Assembly (NCBI RefSeq): GCF_006345805.1
Contig: NC_043002.1
Span: 5,766,001-5,830,000, forward strand
Direction: 5' to 3'
Length of the DNA: 64,000 nt
DNA from: Octopus sinensis
Taxonomy: Eukaryota
The translations under genes were made by a program, and so were the position numbers. Of the stretch, positions 12,415 to 24,299 are shown piece after piece (the first letter of the stretch is position 1; the number at the start of each line of letters is the position of its first letter). Below the pieces are notes generated by a model. It was not told where the DNA came from and did no database searches. It worked only from the letters and a program-made list of their open reading frames with translations.

Positions 12415-13055
12415 TGTGTGTATATATATATATATTATATATATATATATATTATATATATATATATACACACACACACAAAGATGAATTGATAGATACA
12501 ACTGAGTGGGCAAACAAAAATATGAGACACAGCGTAGTGCTTTTTTTATGTTGATAAGCCTGGTACTTATTCTATTAGTTTCTTCTTGTGAAACCAGTAA
12601 GTTATGGGGCTGTAAATAAACGAACAGCTGTTGTGATGTTGTGAAGCAGTGATGAGAGCGAAACACAGAAACAAAGTCACACACATACACTTACATAAAT
12701 ATATACGATTGATTTCTTTCAGTTTCTGTCTACAAAATCCACATGCCAAGTCACCACACAGTGGAACTGAACCCAGGACCATGTGTTTTGGAACAAAGTT
12801 TGTTAACACACAGATACACCTGCACCTATGTATGTGTGTGTGTGAATGTGTGTATGGATGTATATATATATGCATGTATATATGTGTACATATTACATAT
12901 ACATCTATATCTATAGAAATACATGTATACATCTACCTCTATACATATACATGTATATATATACATGAATATATATACATCCATATATATACATGTGTGT
13001 ATATGCATATATATATATATACACATGTATATATATATACATCTATATCTATCTA

Positions 13056-13140
<85 letters not shown>

Positions 13141-13178
13141 TATCTATATATATATATATATACATCTATATCTATCTA

Positions 13179-13221
<43 letters not shown>

Positions 13222-13310
13222 TATATATATATATATATATATATACATCTATATATATATATAATATATATATATATACATCTATCTATATATATATATA
13301 TACACACATG
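12340..13310. repeat. (TA)n/(TG)n microsatellite tracts with a SINE A remnant (12565-12800, minus)
   Basis: Direct read. Confidence 0.9.
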
Positions 13311-14099
13311 TAAATTTAAAACTAAAATAAAAAGGGTGAAAAATTGAATATTTATTTGATTAATATCAATTTAAAACCAGTGGTGTAGCATATTGAAAAG
13401 TCTGAAGTTTCAGAAAAAATTATATTACATAACATATAAGAGGGTTGACCTGTAAGTGGACATCGATTATGCTAGAAGATCCACTATGGTCTTACCATTT
13501 CTTCGTTAGTGGTAAAACCATAGCGAATCTTCTTCTAGCAAAATGGATGTCCACTAACAAGTCATCCCTCTTATATAATAGTTTCACTTTATTAGTTTCA
13601 GTATTAAAGTGAAAGTATCAAAGTGAAAGCATCTGATATTACAATAGAGAGATGTTTTTGTTTCACTTTTAACACGTAATACCGAAATAGTGGAGAAGAT
13701 TTGATATTGCTGTGGGCTTGCCCTAGGCAAGAAGTTAAACATTTTTTTTGCCCATGACACTACAATTAGCAAACAAGCAGAGACAAAATGCGGTCAAGAG
13801 GACGCTTTAGTTAGGTCAAGAACGTGACAACTTCCCTAGTGCTGACGACATGACAAAATGCACTCAGTACAATCTAGAAAATAGTTAATGTAAGGATAGG
13901 TCATCTGCTTGTAAAAACCAAGCTAAAAATGAAACATAGAAGCAAAACATAATTCTCTGGTCCTTCTAGAAAGTTAATAACCCCAAATAAAGACCGACTC
14001 AGAACACGACAATCCATGCTATCATGGAAACTAGGTATAAAAGGGTGATAATGTTGCTTTCAACACTTTTAAGGTGGATGTAAGAATGATAGTTGGCAG

Positions 14100-14690
14100 A
14101 GAGTTCTTTGGGATGGAATACACTACAGTATATTTCTAGATCAGAGCAGATCTTTGTAGACAAAGATTAAAAAGTTTGTTAATGACTGAGACCAGCTCTA
14201 AAGTACAATGTTTGAAGGTAGTCGAACATTAAGGTTGGTGGACATTTTTCCTTTTTTTTTCATGGGACGAAATTGAGATCATGTTCTTTATGGGCCGTAC
14301 AACATGGTTAACATTGCCCTTGAACAGTTGCAAGTTGATGGTTACAGTAAAAGCATGGGCTAACTAAAGTGTTGGAGAAGTCATTGTTAATGGCTGTCTC
14401 CATCCATTGCCTTTGAGATGTTGAAATGAGTGAAATTCTCAGCATTAGCAGAGTCAGAAGGATTGTTCCTTGTGCAGTTGGAGATATACTGTAGCAAGTT
14501 TCCTAAGATCAAGAAATATTCTATAGAAAGAGAGAATGAACAATGTGATGAGGATAGGATAAAGCTTTGGGGTGTTCTATTTGAGAAAAATAGCAGAAGT
14601 GTCAAGGCTGGTGACCTAGTGGACCTGGTGGCTTTGAAGTAACCTGCTGTTTCTTTCGCACTTGGCACGTGTGCATGCATCTTGGTTTGA
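14100..14690 (-). pseudogene. Decayed LINE reverse-transcriptase fragment (CR1/Jockey-like)
   Basis: Frame pieces KATRSTRSPALTL and NPSDSANAENFTHFNISKAM resemble KATGPDGIP..VL and DPSDPANYRPISLTS.ISKVME; many stops. Confidence 0.55.
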
Positions 14691-14809
14691 AGTTACAGAG
14701 TTTTTTTTAGACAAGGAGGTACCGACCAGAAGTAAACATTGAAGTCAAGAGAACTTACAGTTTGTGCAATGTAAAACAAATAATAATAAATCAGTACTAT
14801 ACTCGTCTG

Positions 14810-15005
14810 GCATCTGTGCCGGTGGCACGTAAAAAGCACCCACTACACTCATGGAGTGGTTGGCGTTAGGAAGGGCATCCAGCTGTAGAAACATTGCCAG
14901 ATCAGATTGGGCCTGGTGCAGCCTTCTGGCTTCCCAGACCCCAGGTTGAACTGTCCAACCCATGCTAGCATGGAAAGCGGACGCTAAACGATGATGATGA
15001 TGATG
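14810..15005 (+). mobile_element. RTE-related dispersed repeat
   Basis: Shared core and (GAT)n tail. Confidence 0.85.
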
Positions 15006-15221
15006 ATATACAACACACATTATATGCTGGACACAATGAAAACAACCGTAAAAGTGTGAGAGACATATCTTCTCTAAAAAATGACATTAAAATATTATTA
15101 ATACACATTCAATACAATGGGATGTGCTTTGAGGGCAACATGGTAGCATTTTCTAAGTAGTTGGGGTTTCTTTGTGTATTTGAAATGTAAAATAAATGTT
15201 AGAATATTCGTTTGACTGATT

Positions 15222-15408
15222 GGCGAGCTGGCAGAACCGTTAGCACGCCGGGCGAAATGCGTAGCCGTATTTCGTCTGCCGTTACGTTCTGAGTTCAAAT
15301 TCTGCCGAGGTCGACTTTGCCTTTCATCCTTTCGGGGTCGATAAATTTATTTGTCTGTCCTTGTTTGTCCCCTCTATGATTAGCCCCTTGTGGGTAATAA
15401 AGAAACAT
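15222..15408 (+). mobile_element. tRNA-derived SINE family B (internal deletion)
   Basis: ggcgagctggcagaa...gagttcaaattc (B-box)...ccccttgtggg. Confidence 0.85.
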
Positions 15409-16228
15409 ATTTTGTAATTTTGTATTCTAACTGAACGAAGGCAGTGCAGATATATAAACAAGAAACACCTAATCTAGTTTTATTTATTAATTGCAGATCA
15501 GTCCTGACCGAGCAAATTTAAGCATCACAAGCGTTCCAGACAGGACTATTCTTCCACCACCACCACCAACAACAACAAAATTATCTGATGTCTCCTTCCT
15601 ACTTTTTTCTTCTTCCTTTTGTAACCAGTAGGGTGTGATTCGAAAGTGATTTAAACTGCTGTTTCTAGCAGACCTAGTAACACTGTATTAGGCTCTTTCC
15701 AGTTACTTCTACAATTTCGGTAATTAACACACAAAATAAACTATATACGAAAATTCTGCGTTATTCCATACAACACTTACTTAAAAAGCCCACAACACCC
15801 ACTACTGGGGGCGGATAAGAGGAGAGATTGGAAGAGATCGGGGCCACAGTGACGACATTAAAACACAATATCCGGAAACCAGCATCAAACGTTTATGGAT
15901 TGTAACGGATAAACAAACTAAATTCTCAAGATAATGGAGAAATCTAGTAAAATGAACAAAACAAAAGTGCAAAGAGCTACAAAAAAAATTAACCGATTTT
16001 CTTAATTAGAAGCAAGAAAAGTAGGGAAATGACTGATAACTTGTTAAATTTTCTTTTTTCACCCAAGGTCTTCGACGTTTTTGATTTATAGCAGTTGATT
16101 GTTAATTAGCCCCAAAGTCAATCCTAATCGAACAGTCTTGAGATTAAAGGCGGATTTAAATTATTTTTGGCAGATATTTCCAGCAGGAGCAGGTCGAGTG
16201 ATCGCGTAGAGGTTCCCTGTTTGGCTTA

Positions 16229-16467
16229 TTTATATTTATTTCTTTACTACCCACAAGGAGCTAAACACAGAGGGGGCAAACAAGGACAGACAAAGGGATT
16301 AAGTCGATTACATCGACCCCAGTGCATAACTGGTACTTAATTTATCGACCCCGAAAGGATGAAAGGCAAAGTCGACCTCGGCGGAATTTGAACTCGGAAC
16401 GTAACGACAGATGAAATACGGCTACGCATTTCGCCCGGCGCGCTAACGTTTCTGCCAGCTCGCCGCC
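16229..16467 (-). mobile_element. SINE family B, full length
   Basis: Reverse complement of the family B consensus. Confidence 0.9.
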
Positions 16468-16895
16468 TATTTGGCTTATTTATATTGTTGGTTTCGAGGA
16501 ACTAGTGTTGCCCTGACTGGGTCGGCGTGAACTTGTGTGGCTACTGACACAAACGGAACCTCAACTATAATCAACCTGCTACAAGAGATAACACCAAACA
16601 TTACTAAACTAACAGCCTACAGTCTAAAAAAAAAAGAAAATTGAGACTACATTAGACAGGCGATGTCTGATAAGAGAGAAAAGAAAAGAAACAGGATTGT
16701 CCCGACCGACTTCCTTTTTACCAAATGTTTGCTCAAAATAAACAATGCAGGGAGAAGAAGATAAACAACAAATGATTTTTCACTTCAGGTTCTCTCTGCC
16801 CCAACTTTAATTGTTATATTAGAGATATTATTCTGATATTTAGCTCAATCATCGATTCAACGAGAACTGAAAATTTAAGTGACAATAATCACAAA

Positions 16896-17151
16896 ATATT
16901 CTGTTGTGTCTGGGTAGAGTCATTTTCTTTTTGGGTGCCTTTATTATTTAACACACTCACCGGTAAAATTTCCACTTTTTTCTTATTTTTATTGTCCTAA
17001 AATTGTCATTGCATCTTGCAACCTTTCCAATAGTCTTGACGCAACGAAAATTTTAGGAAAATTTTAAGAAAAAGTGGAAAAATTTACCGGTGAGTGTGTT
17101 AAATAATAAGGCACAAAAAGAAAATAACTCTCCCCAGACACAACAGAATAT
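16896..17151. mobile_element. Palindromic MITE, about 100-bp TIRs (Tc1/mariner type)
   Basis: atattctgttgtgtctggg...cccagacacaacagaatat; second copy at 62426. Confidence 0.85.
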
Positions 17152-17604
17152 GCTTCAACACACCAACTCATATAAAGAATCCCGCAAACCAAATCAAAAA
17201 ACAAAATCACAAAATAATTTACCTAATAAATAACCAATCGCAGAGTAATTCATCGATAAAAGTGCAAATCGATGGTCAAGATCACCAACAATGCTTCTTA
17301 GGTCACAAATACATTTAGGAAAGACGTAAACATCACTTTTTTCCAGTGTTCATATTATTGGTGTGAGTGATATCAAAATATATTTATATACAAGAAATCG
17401 TTATGGAAGGACCTTGTTTATTTTGAAAGTAAAGAATTTTCTTTACAAAGAAAGCTAAAATAATCCGAATTTCACTTTCTCTTTTTAGTTAAAAAACAAA
17501 AAAACAACTTTGACAGAATTTTGCCGACGCAGAAAAACCTGAATTCAAAGAGAAGAATGGAAATCTCTAGATTCAGGTACCTTACACCCGTTTAGATATA
17601 TATA

Positions 17605-17721
17605 CAGGGTGTCCACAAAATCTGGGTACAGGGTACTTGAAAAAAATTATTATTTCTTATATTTAATTGTTTATGTTATGATTATATTTACCCCATCTAC
17701 CCAGATTTCGTGGACACCCTG
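17605..17721. mobile_element. Tc1/mariner-type mini-MITE
   Basis: TA|CAGGGTGTCCACAAAATCTGGGTA ... TACCCAGATTTCGTGGACACCCTG. Confidence 0.8.
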
Positions 17722-18009
17722 AATAAAACATAATTAATCCAGGCGGCAGTTTCTAATCTTTGCAATTAAAATACAATTTAACTATTTAACTACAAAGCGA
17801 CCTCGAAAAGAGAAAGGCATGAATGTCACCACTGCCTCGTTTTTCTCAGACCCAATAAATCCCCGAGCTCTTGAGTTGTGTTAAGGAACTGTTTTATTTA
17901 TTTCACTGACGGCCAAAACGTGTTTCTAAGACGCAAGATACGGAGAGAATACATAAACAGCATAAGATAATTACTGTTAACCTAATTACACATATTGGAC
18001 CTATGTACT

Positions 18010-18013
18010 GTTG

Positions 18014-18059
<46 letters not shown>

Positions 18060-18303
18060 CATATATATATATATTTACATATATATATATATATATATTT
18101 ACATATATATATTTACATATATATATATTTATATATATATGTATATATATATTTGTATATATATATATATATTTGTATATATATATATGTGTATATATAC
18201 ATATCTATATGTATATATATATATAGGTATACAAGTACCATATATATACATATATATATATATATATGGGTTAGCCATATTCAAATGGCAAATATGCGTC
18301 ACG

Positions 18304-18373
<70 letters not shown>

Positions 18374-18375
18374 GT
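18010..18375. repeat. (TA)n microsatellite
   Basis: Direct read. Confidence 0.95.
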
Positions 18376-19278
18376 AAAAGCAATTAAGATTCAAGTGAGT
18401 TCCAATGAATTCACATGAATTCGGTACTTAACTTAGATGCACCAGAAATCTATAAGGTATTAACCATAAAATAATGTGGGATGATTATAAACAAGAAAAA
18501 AGCAACAAGAATGGATTATATATATATATATATATATATACTAAGTAATTAAGGGTTCAGCAACCCTTAATTACTTAGTATTACTTAAACCTTTCTTGAA
18601 TGGGTCTTTTACATGCCGAACTCTACTTGGTGAAATTAATGATTATTTCTAAATTAATTAATTTCACCCTTTATTATTTGATAATTATACATATATATAT
18701 ATATATATATATATAGTCGAGATCTTGGAGAAATTAAGGAATCGTTTATAAAACACGGGTGTTTAATCAGTTTTTTTTAAATATATAAATAAAAGAGATT
18801 CAACATGATGTACTGGAAATAAATGAGAATAAATATGAATTTGATGGGAGATGTTTTGGTAAAAACCAACCGAAAATAAAATAAATCTGATTTGCAAATA
18901 GGGAAGGCCATATATGGATTTTAAGATTGATTTACACGGCTAAATAAATACAAACATAGGTAGATGTTGTTATTGGTGTTGAAAGGTTTCGTTAAGCTTC
19001 TTTGTGGATTAAGATTACGTATTAAAAAAAGCGTTTTCGAAAGAGAAAGGAGAAAATATTGGAAAAGAAAACATTGAGAGCTTCTTGGAAAGAAGCAGCG
19101 TTATGAGAGAGATTGACAGCAAAGGACGATAAAATGGGATTTATGTGTTGTTTAATGTGACAATCACTGCAGATTTAGAAATAAAAATGTCGTTAAATGT
19201 AAAAAAAGTCGATCGGGAAATACCTGGACGAGTATATAAAGGTGTAAAAGGATAAAATATGAAGGCGAAGCACATTAC

Positions 19279-19296
19279 CTCATTGTCGGACGCCAT
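19279..19296 (-). CDS. Candidate first coding exon of an unidentified gene (MASDNE)
   Basis: CAAGATGGCG (YY1 motif overlapping ATG, good Kozak) then GAG|GTAATG donor, in locally CpG-rich DNA. Confidence 0.55.
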
Positions 19297-19349
19297 CTTG
19301 CGACATATCGTCAATGTCATTTACCCACAATGCATCAGGCACGTTGCGA

Positions 19350-20130
19350 TTTTTGAAAGCAGGATTTTTTTACTTTGGGGAGCAGACAGCTTTTGAAATG
19401 CTTCTTACTTAAAACGTTGCTGGGGTTTAATAAGAACTTTGTCAACCCCGAAATAAGAGATCTGTGATCAGAGACGTTCCAGCCGTTACCATCCCGTCTT
19501 TAATATTCACTTTTATTAAAAATAACCATAAATGTTGAAATTTTGGGGGGAAGGGTATCTTTTTTTCTTCAGAAAATATTGCTGGTGTTTAATTAAAAAT
19601 TTTTGTCAACCCCCAAATAAGAGATCTATGATGAAAGACGTTCCAACCGTCACCATCTCGTCTTTAATATTCATTTTTATACTCATTCAAAAATTAAAAA
19701 TAACCATAAATGGCGAAATTTTGAAAGCAAAATTTACTTTCAGAAGTAAAATTTACTTTGAGAAGCAGACAACTTTCAAATGTTTTTTTACTTAAAACAT
19801 TGCTGGTGTTTAATAAAAACTTTGTCAACCCCGAAATAATAGATCTATGATCAGAGACGTTCCAGCCGTAAACATCCCGTCTTTATATTCATGCAAAAAT
19901 TAAATATAACCATAAATTTTGAAAGCAAAATTTACTTTCAGAAGCAGACAACTTTCAAAAGCTTTTACTTAAAACATTGCTGGTGTTTAAAAACTTTTGT
20001 CAACCCCGAAATAACAGATCTATAATGAAAGACGTTCCAGCCATCACCATCCCGTCTTTAATATTCACTTTTATACTCATGCAAAAATTAAAAATAACCA
20101 TAAATGTTGAAAACTTTCAGTTCTCTTCTC
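19350..20130. repeat. Tandem array of 4 x ~170-215 bp units
   Basis: ttgctgg(t)gtttaa...tttgtcaacccc(g)aaataa...gacgttcca...accatc recurs near 19417, 19580, 19799, 19977. Confidence 0.9.
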
Positions 20131-20260
20131 TGGAAATCTTGAAATATGAGACATTTGGAAAGAAAAAGTAATTGGTATTCATTTTTTTTATTTTACTGGC
20201 TTTACTCAGGGCGCCACTTAGAGGTAGATATCAGGTATAATTACCGGGGAATGGGTACCA

Positions 20261-20291
<31 letters not shown>

Positions 20292-20319
20292 ACACACGCA
20301 CACACATACATAAACCCTC

Positions 20320-20346
20320 GTGTATGTATGTATGTATGTATGTATG

Positions 20347-20380
<34 letters not shown>

Positions 20381-20750
20381 TGTATGTATGTATGTATGTA
20401 TGTATATATGTATGCATGTATGTACGTACGTATGCATGTATGTGTGTATGTATATATGTATGCATGCATGTACGTACGTACGTATATATGTGTGTGTGTG
20501 TATGTATGTATGTATGTATGTGCGTGTGTATGTATGTATGTGTGTGTATGTATGTATGTATGTGCGTGTGTATGTATGTATGTGTGTGTGTATGTATGTA
20601 TGTATGCATGTATGAATGTATGTATGTATGCATGTATGTATGTTTGTATGAATGTATGTATGTATCTATGTATGTATGTATGTATGCATGTATGTATGTA
20701 TATGTGTGTGTATGTATGTGTGTGTGTCTATGTATGTATGTATGTGCGTG
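20320..20750. repeat. (GTAT)n/(GT)n microsatellite
   Basis: Direct read. Confidence 0.95.
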
Positions 20751-21215
20751 AGAATGCAGGTGAACAGTTTGACAGTAACTTAGAAATTTCACTTTCATAG
20801 ACTTCGACAGACTGACTCGGAGCCAACAAAGGCAAAACTTCAAAGTTACTATCAATCTTTTCTTTGTAAAAATAAATGTACTCTACTTAGATGTATTGAT
20901 CGATCCTTCATTTAATGTTTGATGTTTATATAAAAATGCATAACAGCCATGCTTGAAACTCTTAACCCTCCATCACTTTTGTAATTATCTTCTGATTAAG
21001 AACATATACTCGTGTACAGAAAACTATTTTTCTTTTCGTTCTATTTTTCGTACATACTTATGCACTTATACTCAAGTACATACATACGTACGTATGCACG
21101 TGTGTACGTATGATATTTTTACCTTTATTACCACTGCTGCCAACTTGATCGTCCAATGTCACGAGCTGCTTTCTTTTCAATTTCCATACCAACTTAACTC
21201 CAGTAAAGACATGAA

Positions 21216-21501
21216 GGACCTTTTCGCTTTGACCGGTAGATTTTTAAAATAATTTCTTTGTAACTAAACGCTTTTAAACTTCGTATACTGGTAGAATGTG
21301 TTTATAAAACATCTTTTTCAGATCTTTTCGCTTTGACCGGCAGAGTTTTAAAGAACAGATAGCTTAAAAACTACAGAATTTTCTCAAGAAAACCAAGAGA
21401 AAAAGATGTTTTATGTAACACACTACCAGTATACGAAGTTTAAAAGTATTTAGTTACAAAGAAATTATTTTTAAAATCTGCCGGCCAAAGCGAAAAGATC
21501 C
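21216..21501. mobile_element. Rearranged fold-back hAT-type MITE with three TIRs
   Basis: 8-bp TSD GACATGAA on both sides; ~100-bp inverted arms; extra TIR at about 21320. Confidence 0.85.
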
Positions 21502-21696
21502 GACATGAATATCGCAGTGTCATACATGAGTGTAAATGCAATGATTTATACTAACAGGAAATATTAACATTTTCCCCTGCGTTGATCGCGCATTTATTTT
21601 AGGCGAATAGCTTAAGTCAAGGCATTAATGCTATGGCTTCTTTTCTTGAAATGGACTGTACTTTTCTTTGGATAGTACATTTAATCTGTCGCCCAG

Positions 21697-21884
21697 TTAA
21701 ACGGTATAGCTTGAATTTGTTTTTCTCCTGGCTAAGCCAGAGGAGAGACAGCGTCTAAAACCCATTTCAGAGTCTTCATGACTGCTGGCTGGGAAAGGAG
21801 ATCTGTCCCGAATACTTCGAACAGAGTGGATTCGGCTTTTGAGTACCAAGTTCCATGTAGGCTTAGCTGAGGCACAAAGAAAGT
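21697..21884 (-). CDS. Candidate terminal coding exon of an unidentified gene: (D)FLCASAKPTWNLVLKSRIHSVRS...RRKTNSSYTV*
   Basis: Pyrimidine-rich acceptor tctgtttctgttttgtttaatAG, open frame to TAA, AATAAA at 21593-21598 (minus). Confidence 0.55.
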
Positions 21885-23031
21885 CTATTAAACAAAACAG
21901 AAACAGACTCTCCAATGGGCTTCCGTACAGTGCTTACATACCAAATTGCAATCACAATGCAATCGTTGACTCAAGGCCATGGTCTAAGGCATTTGCCCAA
22001 GTAGCGATGTAGAAGGATCGATTTCGAAGCCGTGTAGCAGCAAGGCAAAGTTATTGACCCCAAAGCCATGCCTGCGACTGGTTGGATACATTCAACTGAG
22101 TGTACTCCACTGCGAGCCCTCAGAATATGTCTCAGGGCTGATGATAAGTCGGGAGCTTGAAACGTTGGCTTCCAGCTGTAGTACCCCATCAGCTACGCCC
22201 TCTTTCGCCTTCTCCCCTCAGTTTGTGATACCCTTGCGAAGGTCATTGCTGCTACTCTTCTTCCTCTCATCTAATTCCAAATGAAAATAGAAAAAAAAGA
22301 TGCTTTGTGTATCTAGACTACTTTATCCGATGTATCGTTCTCTTTTTAAGATGAATGGGTGAGGCATCGGAGAGACTTGGCTGCTGTTTCTAGAAATCCT
22401 AGTAACAACGCTGAAGTTCCCTCGTTTGCTTGATCTGTGGACAGATGTTGTGGTGTTGGTGGTGGTTTAACCTCTCGGCAACCCAAATCTAAGGCATTGG
22501 CAATTTAAGCACACTCAAGAAGCGGTCACAAAGTGTATTGCAAACGGCGGCCTCAAGCTCTCATTAAGCCGATCGCGGGCGAAAATCTCGGCGTTAATAG
22601 CAAATATTCAATCAATATCATCGAAAACTGAAGTGGAGAAATGTTCAGTGCAAGTGGCGGCTGAGCATAAGTAGTCGTTCCTGCGAATTGAAGGAAAGAT
22701 TGCACTAATGAGGTAAACAGCGCCAAAGATAAAGTAGTAATCTCTTGGAAAATCGATTTAACGACTGTTCATTTTGCTCACGTCACTAATATCTTTGGGG
22801 ACCAATAAACATCACAGCATCGAACAGTTTTCTCCTAAATAAAGAGATGTAGTTTGAAGGTGGGTGCATTGAAACTTCTTGTTTCACAGAGTTCACAGGA
22901 ACCAAGGGAAATAACTTCCACTGGCAAATGAGAAATGTTAAAACTTCTGTTCTGTGTCGTGAATGCGATTAATCTTGCATTGATACGAAGCGAGTGAACT
23001 CGATTTCAGCGTTGAGTGGTAACCATCATTG

Positions 23032-23428
23032 GGATCTTTTCGGTTTGACCGGCAGGTTTTTAAAATTATTTCCACGTAACTAAACACTTTTAAACTTCGT
23101 ATACTGGTAGAATGTGTTTAGAAAACGTTTTTCTCTTGGCTTTCTTGAGAAAATTCTATAGTTTGTAAGCTATTTGTTGATTTTTTTCTTCAATTTCAAC
23201 CAATCAATGACGTCTATTGAGGTGAAAACATTCTGTGCCGTATAAATATGTCCCTCGTTTAAGAAACAGATTAGGTTTATTTACATTTCTGAAGAAAAAA
23301 AGATACCCTTTCCCCCACCCCTAACCCTAAAACAGATTGAAATGCAATAGATCGATACCAGGGTCATAATTATGGGTGACAATTTCATGACACCGCTAGA
23401 AAAACTGCCGTTCAAACCGAAAAGATCC
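23032..23428 (-). mobile_element. hAT-type MITE
   Basis: TIRs ggatcttttcggttt; 8-bp TSD CATCATTG. Confidence 0.9.
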
Positions 23429-23649
23429 CATCATTGTGTCAAGAGGAACGGAAAAAGTCAATATTTGCGATATTTGAGCTTATTACTTAATGACATGGGT
23501 TATATCCGTCGCTCTGCCGATTCTAAACTTCCAACACCCTTTATGGACAACTGGCCGAAATCCAAAAGCGTAGCTCGAACTGAAAAGCACGGGGAATTGG
23601 TGTTAACGTTGCAGCGTAATTTACTTTTGATTAGATAATACATGTGCCA

Positions 23650-23681
<32 letters not shown>

Positions 23682-23984
23682 ACTAATCAGATATGGATAT
23701 TTGACCTTTAATGTGATATTAAGGTTGTGAAATAGTCATTAATAAATAACGTTTGGTGGATTGCGTGTTATTTTTCATAACGACTGTATTGATATTGTAT
23801 TCTTTATCATGCATCTTTATTAACCTGGAACATTTGCTTATACATATATACAAGTGTATAAGAGCAGCATTCGAAAGACATCGAATGGAATAAGCACAGG
23901 TTTTCACAACAGAATATGCTAAATAGTAATACGAATACAGTTCCTAATTTTTGGTTTCAAATTTTGGCACAAGGCCAGCAAACT

Positions 23985-24165
23985 TGGGGAAAGCGTAAGT
24001 GGATTACATCAACTCCAGTACTCGACTGGGACTTATTTTGTCGACATCGAAAGCATAAAAGGCAAAGTCGACCTCGGTGGAATTTGAACTCAGAACGTTA
24101 AGACGGATGAAATGCCACTAAGCATTTTACCCGGCGTGCCAATGATTCTGCCAACTCGTCGCCTT
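23985..24165 (-). mobile_element. SINE family B (diverged)
   Basis: aaggcaaagtcgacctcggtggaatttgaactcagaacg. Confidence 0.75.
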
Positions 24166-24299
24166 ATACAGTTCATGATTATTGAAAACAAATGAATTTG
24201 ATTGAATGAGAATGCCTTATCACAAAACTGACTGGCATAGCTTCGAGCAGCACCTCGGGTAAGTAAACATAGAAGAGGGTGAGAGGCGACATCACTGCG

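Noticed and set aside
12170-13264. ORFs rich in Y/I/H/T/C/V/M (also 17995-18387, 20218-20855, 26084-27764)
   Set aside because: Translations of (TA)n, (TG)n and (TATG)n microsatellites.
15222-15310. tRNA genes at SINE heads (also 2612, 53006, 59110)
   Set aside because: A/B-box-like motifs are present, but there is no complete cloverleaf and each continues into a multi-copy SINE body.
22128-22190. CTGATGA...GAAAC hammerhead-like spacing
   Set aside because: Stem II closing pair is mismatched and no convincing stem III or stem I surrounds a NUH triplet.
24180-24270. Plus-strand exon-like piece MRMPYHKTDWHSFEQHL with GTAAGT donor
   Set aside because: Isolated, with no partner exons; resembles LINE linker sequence (K.DW..F).
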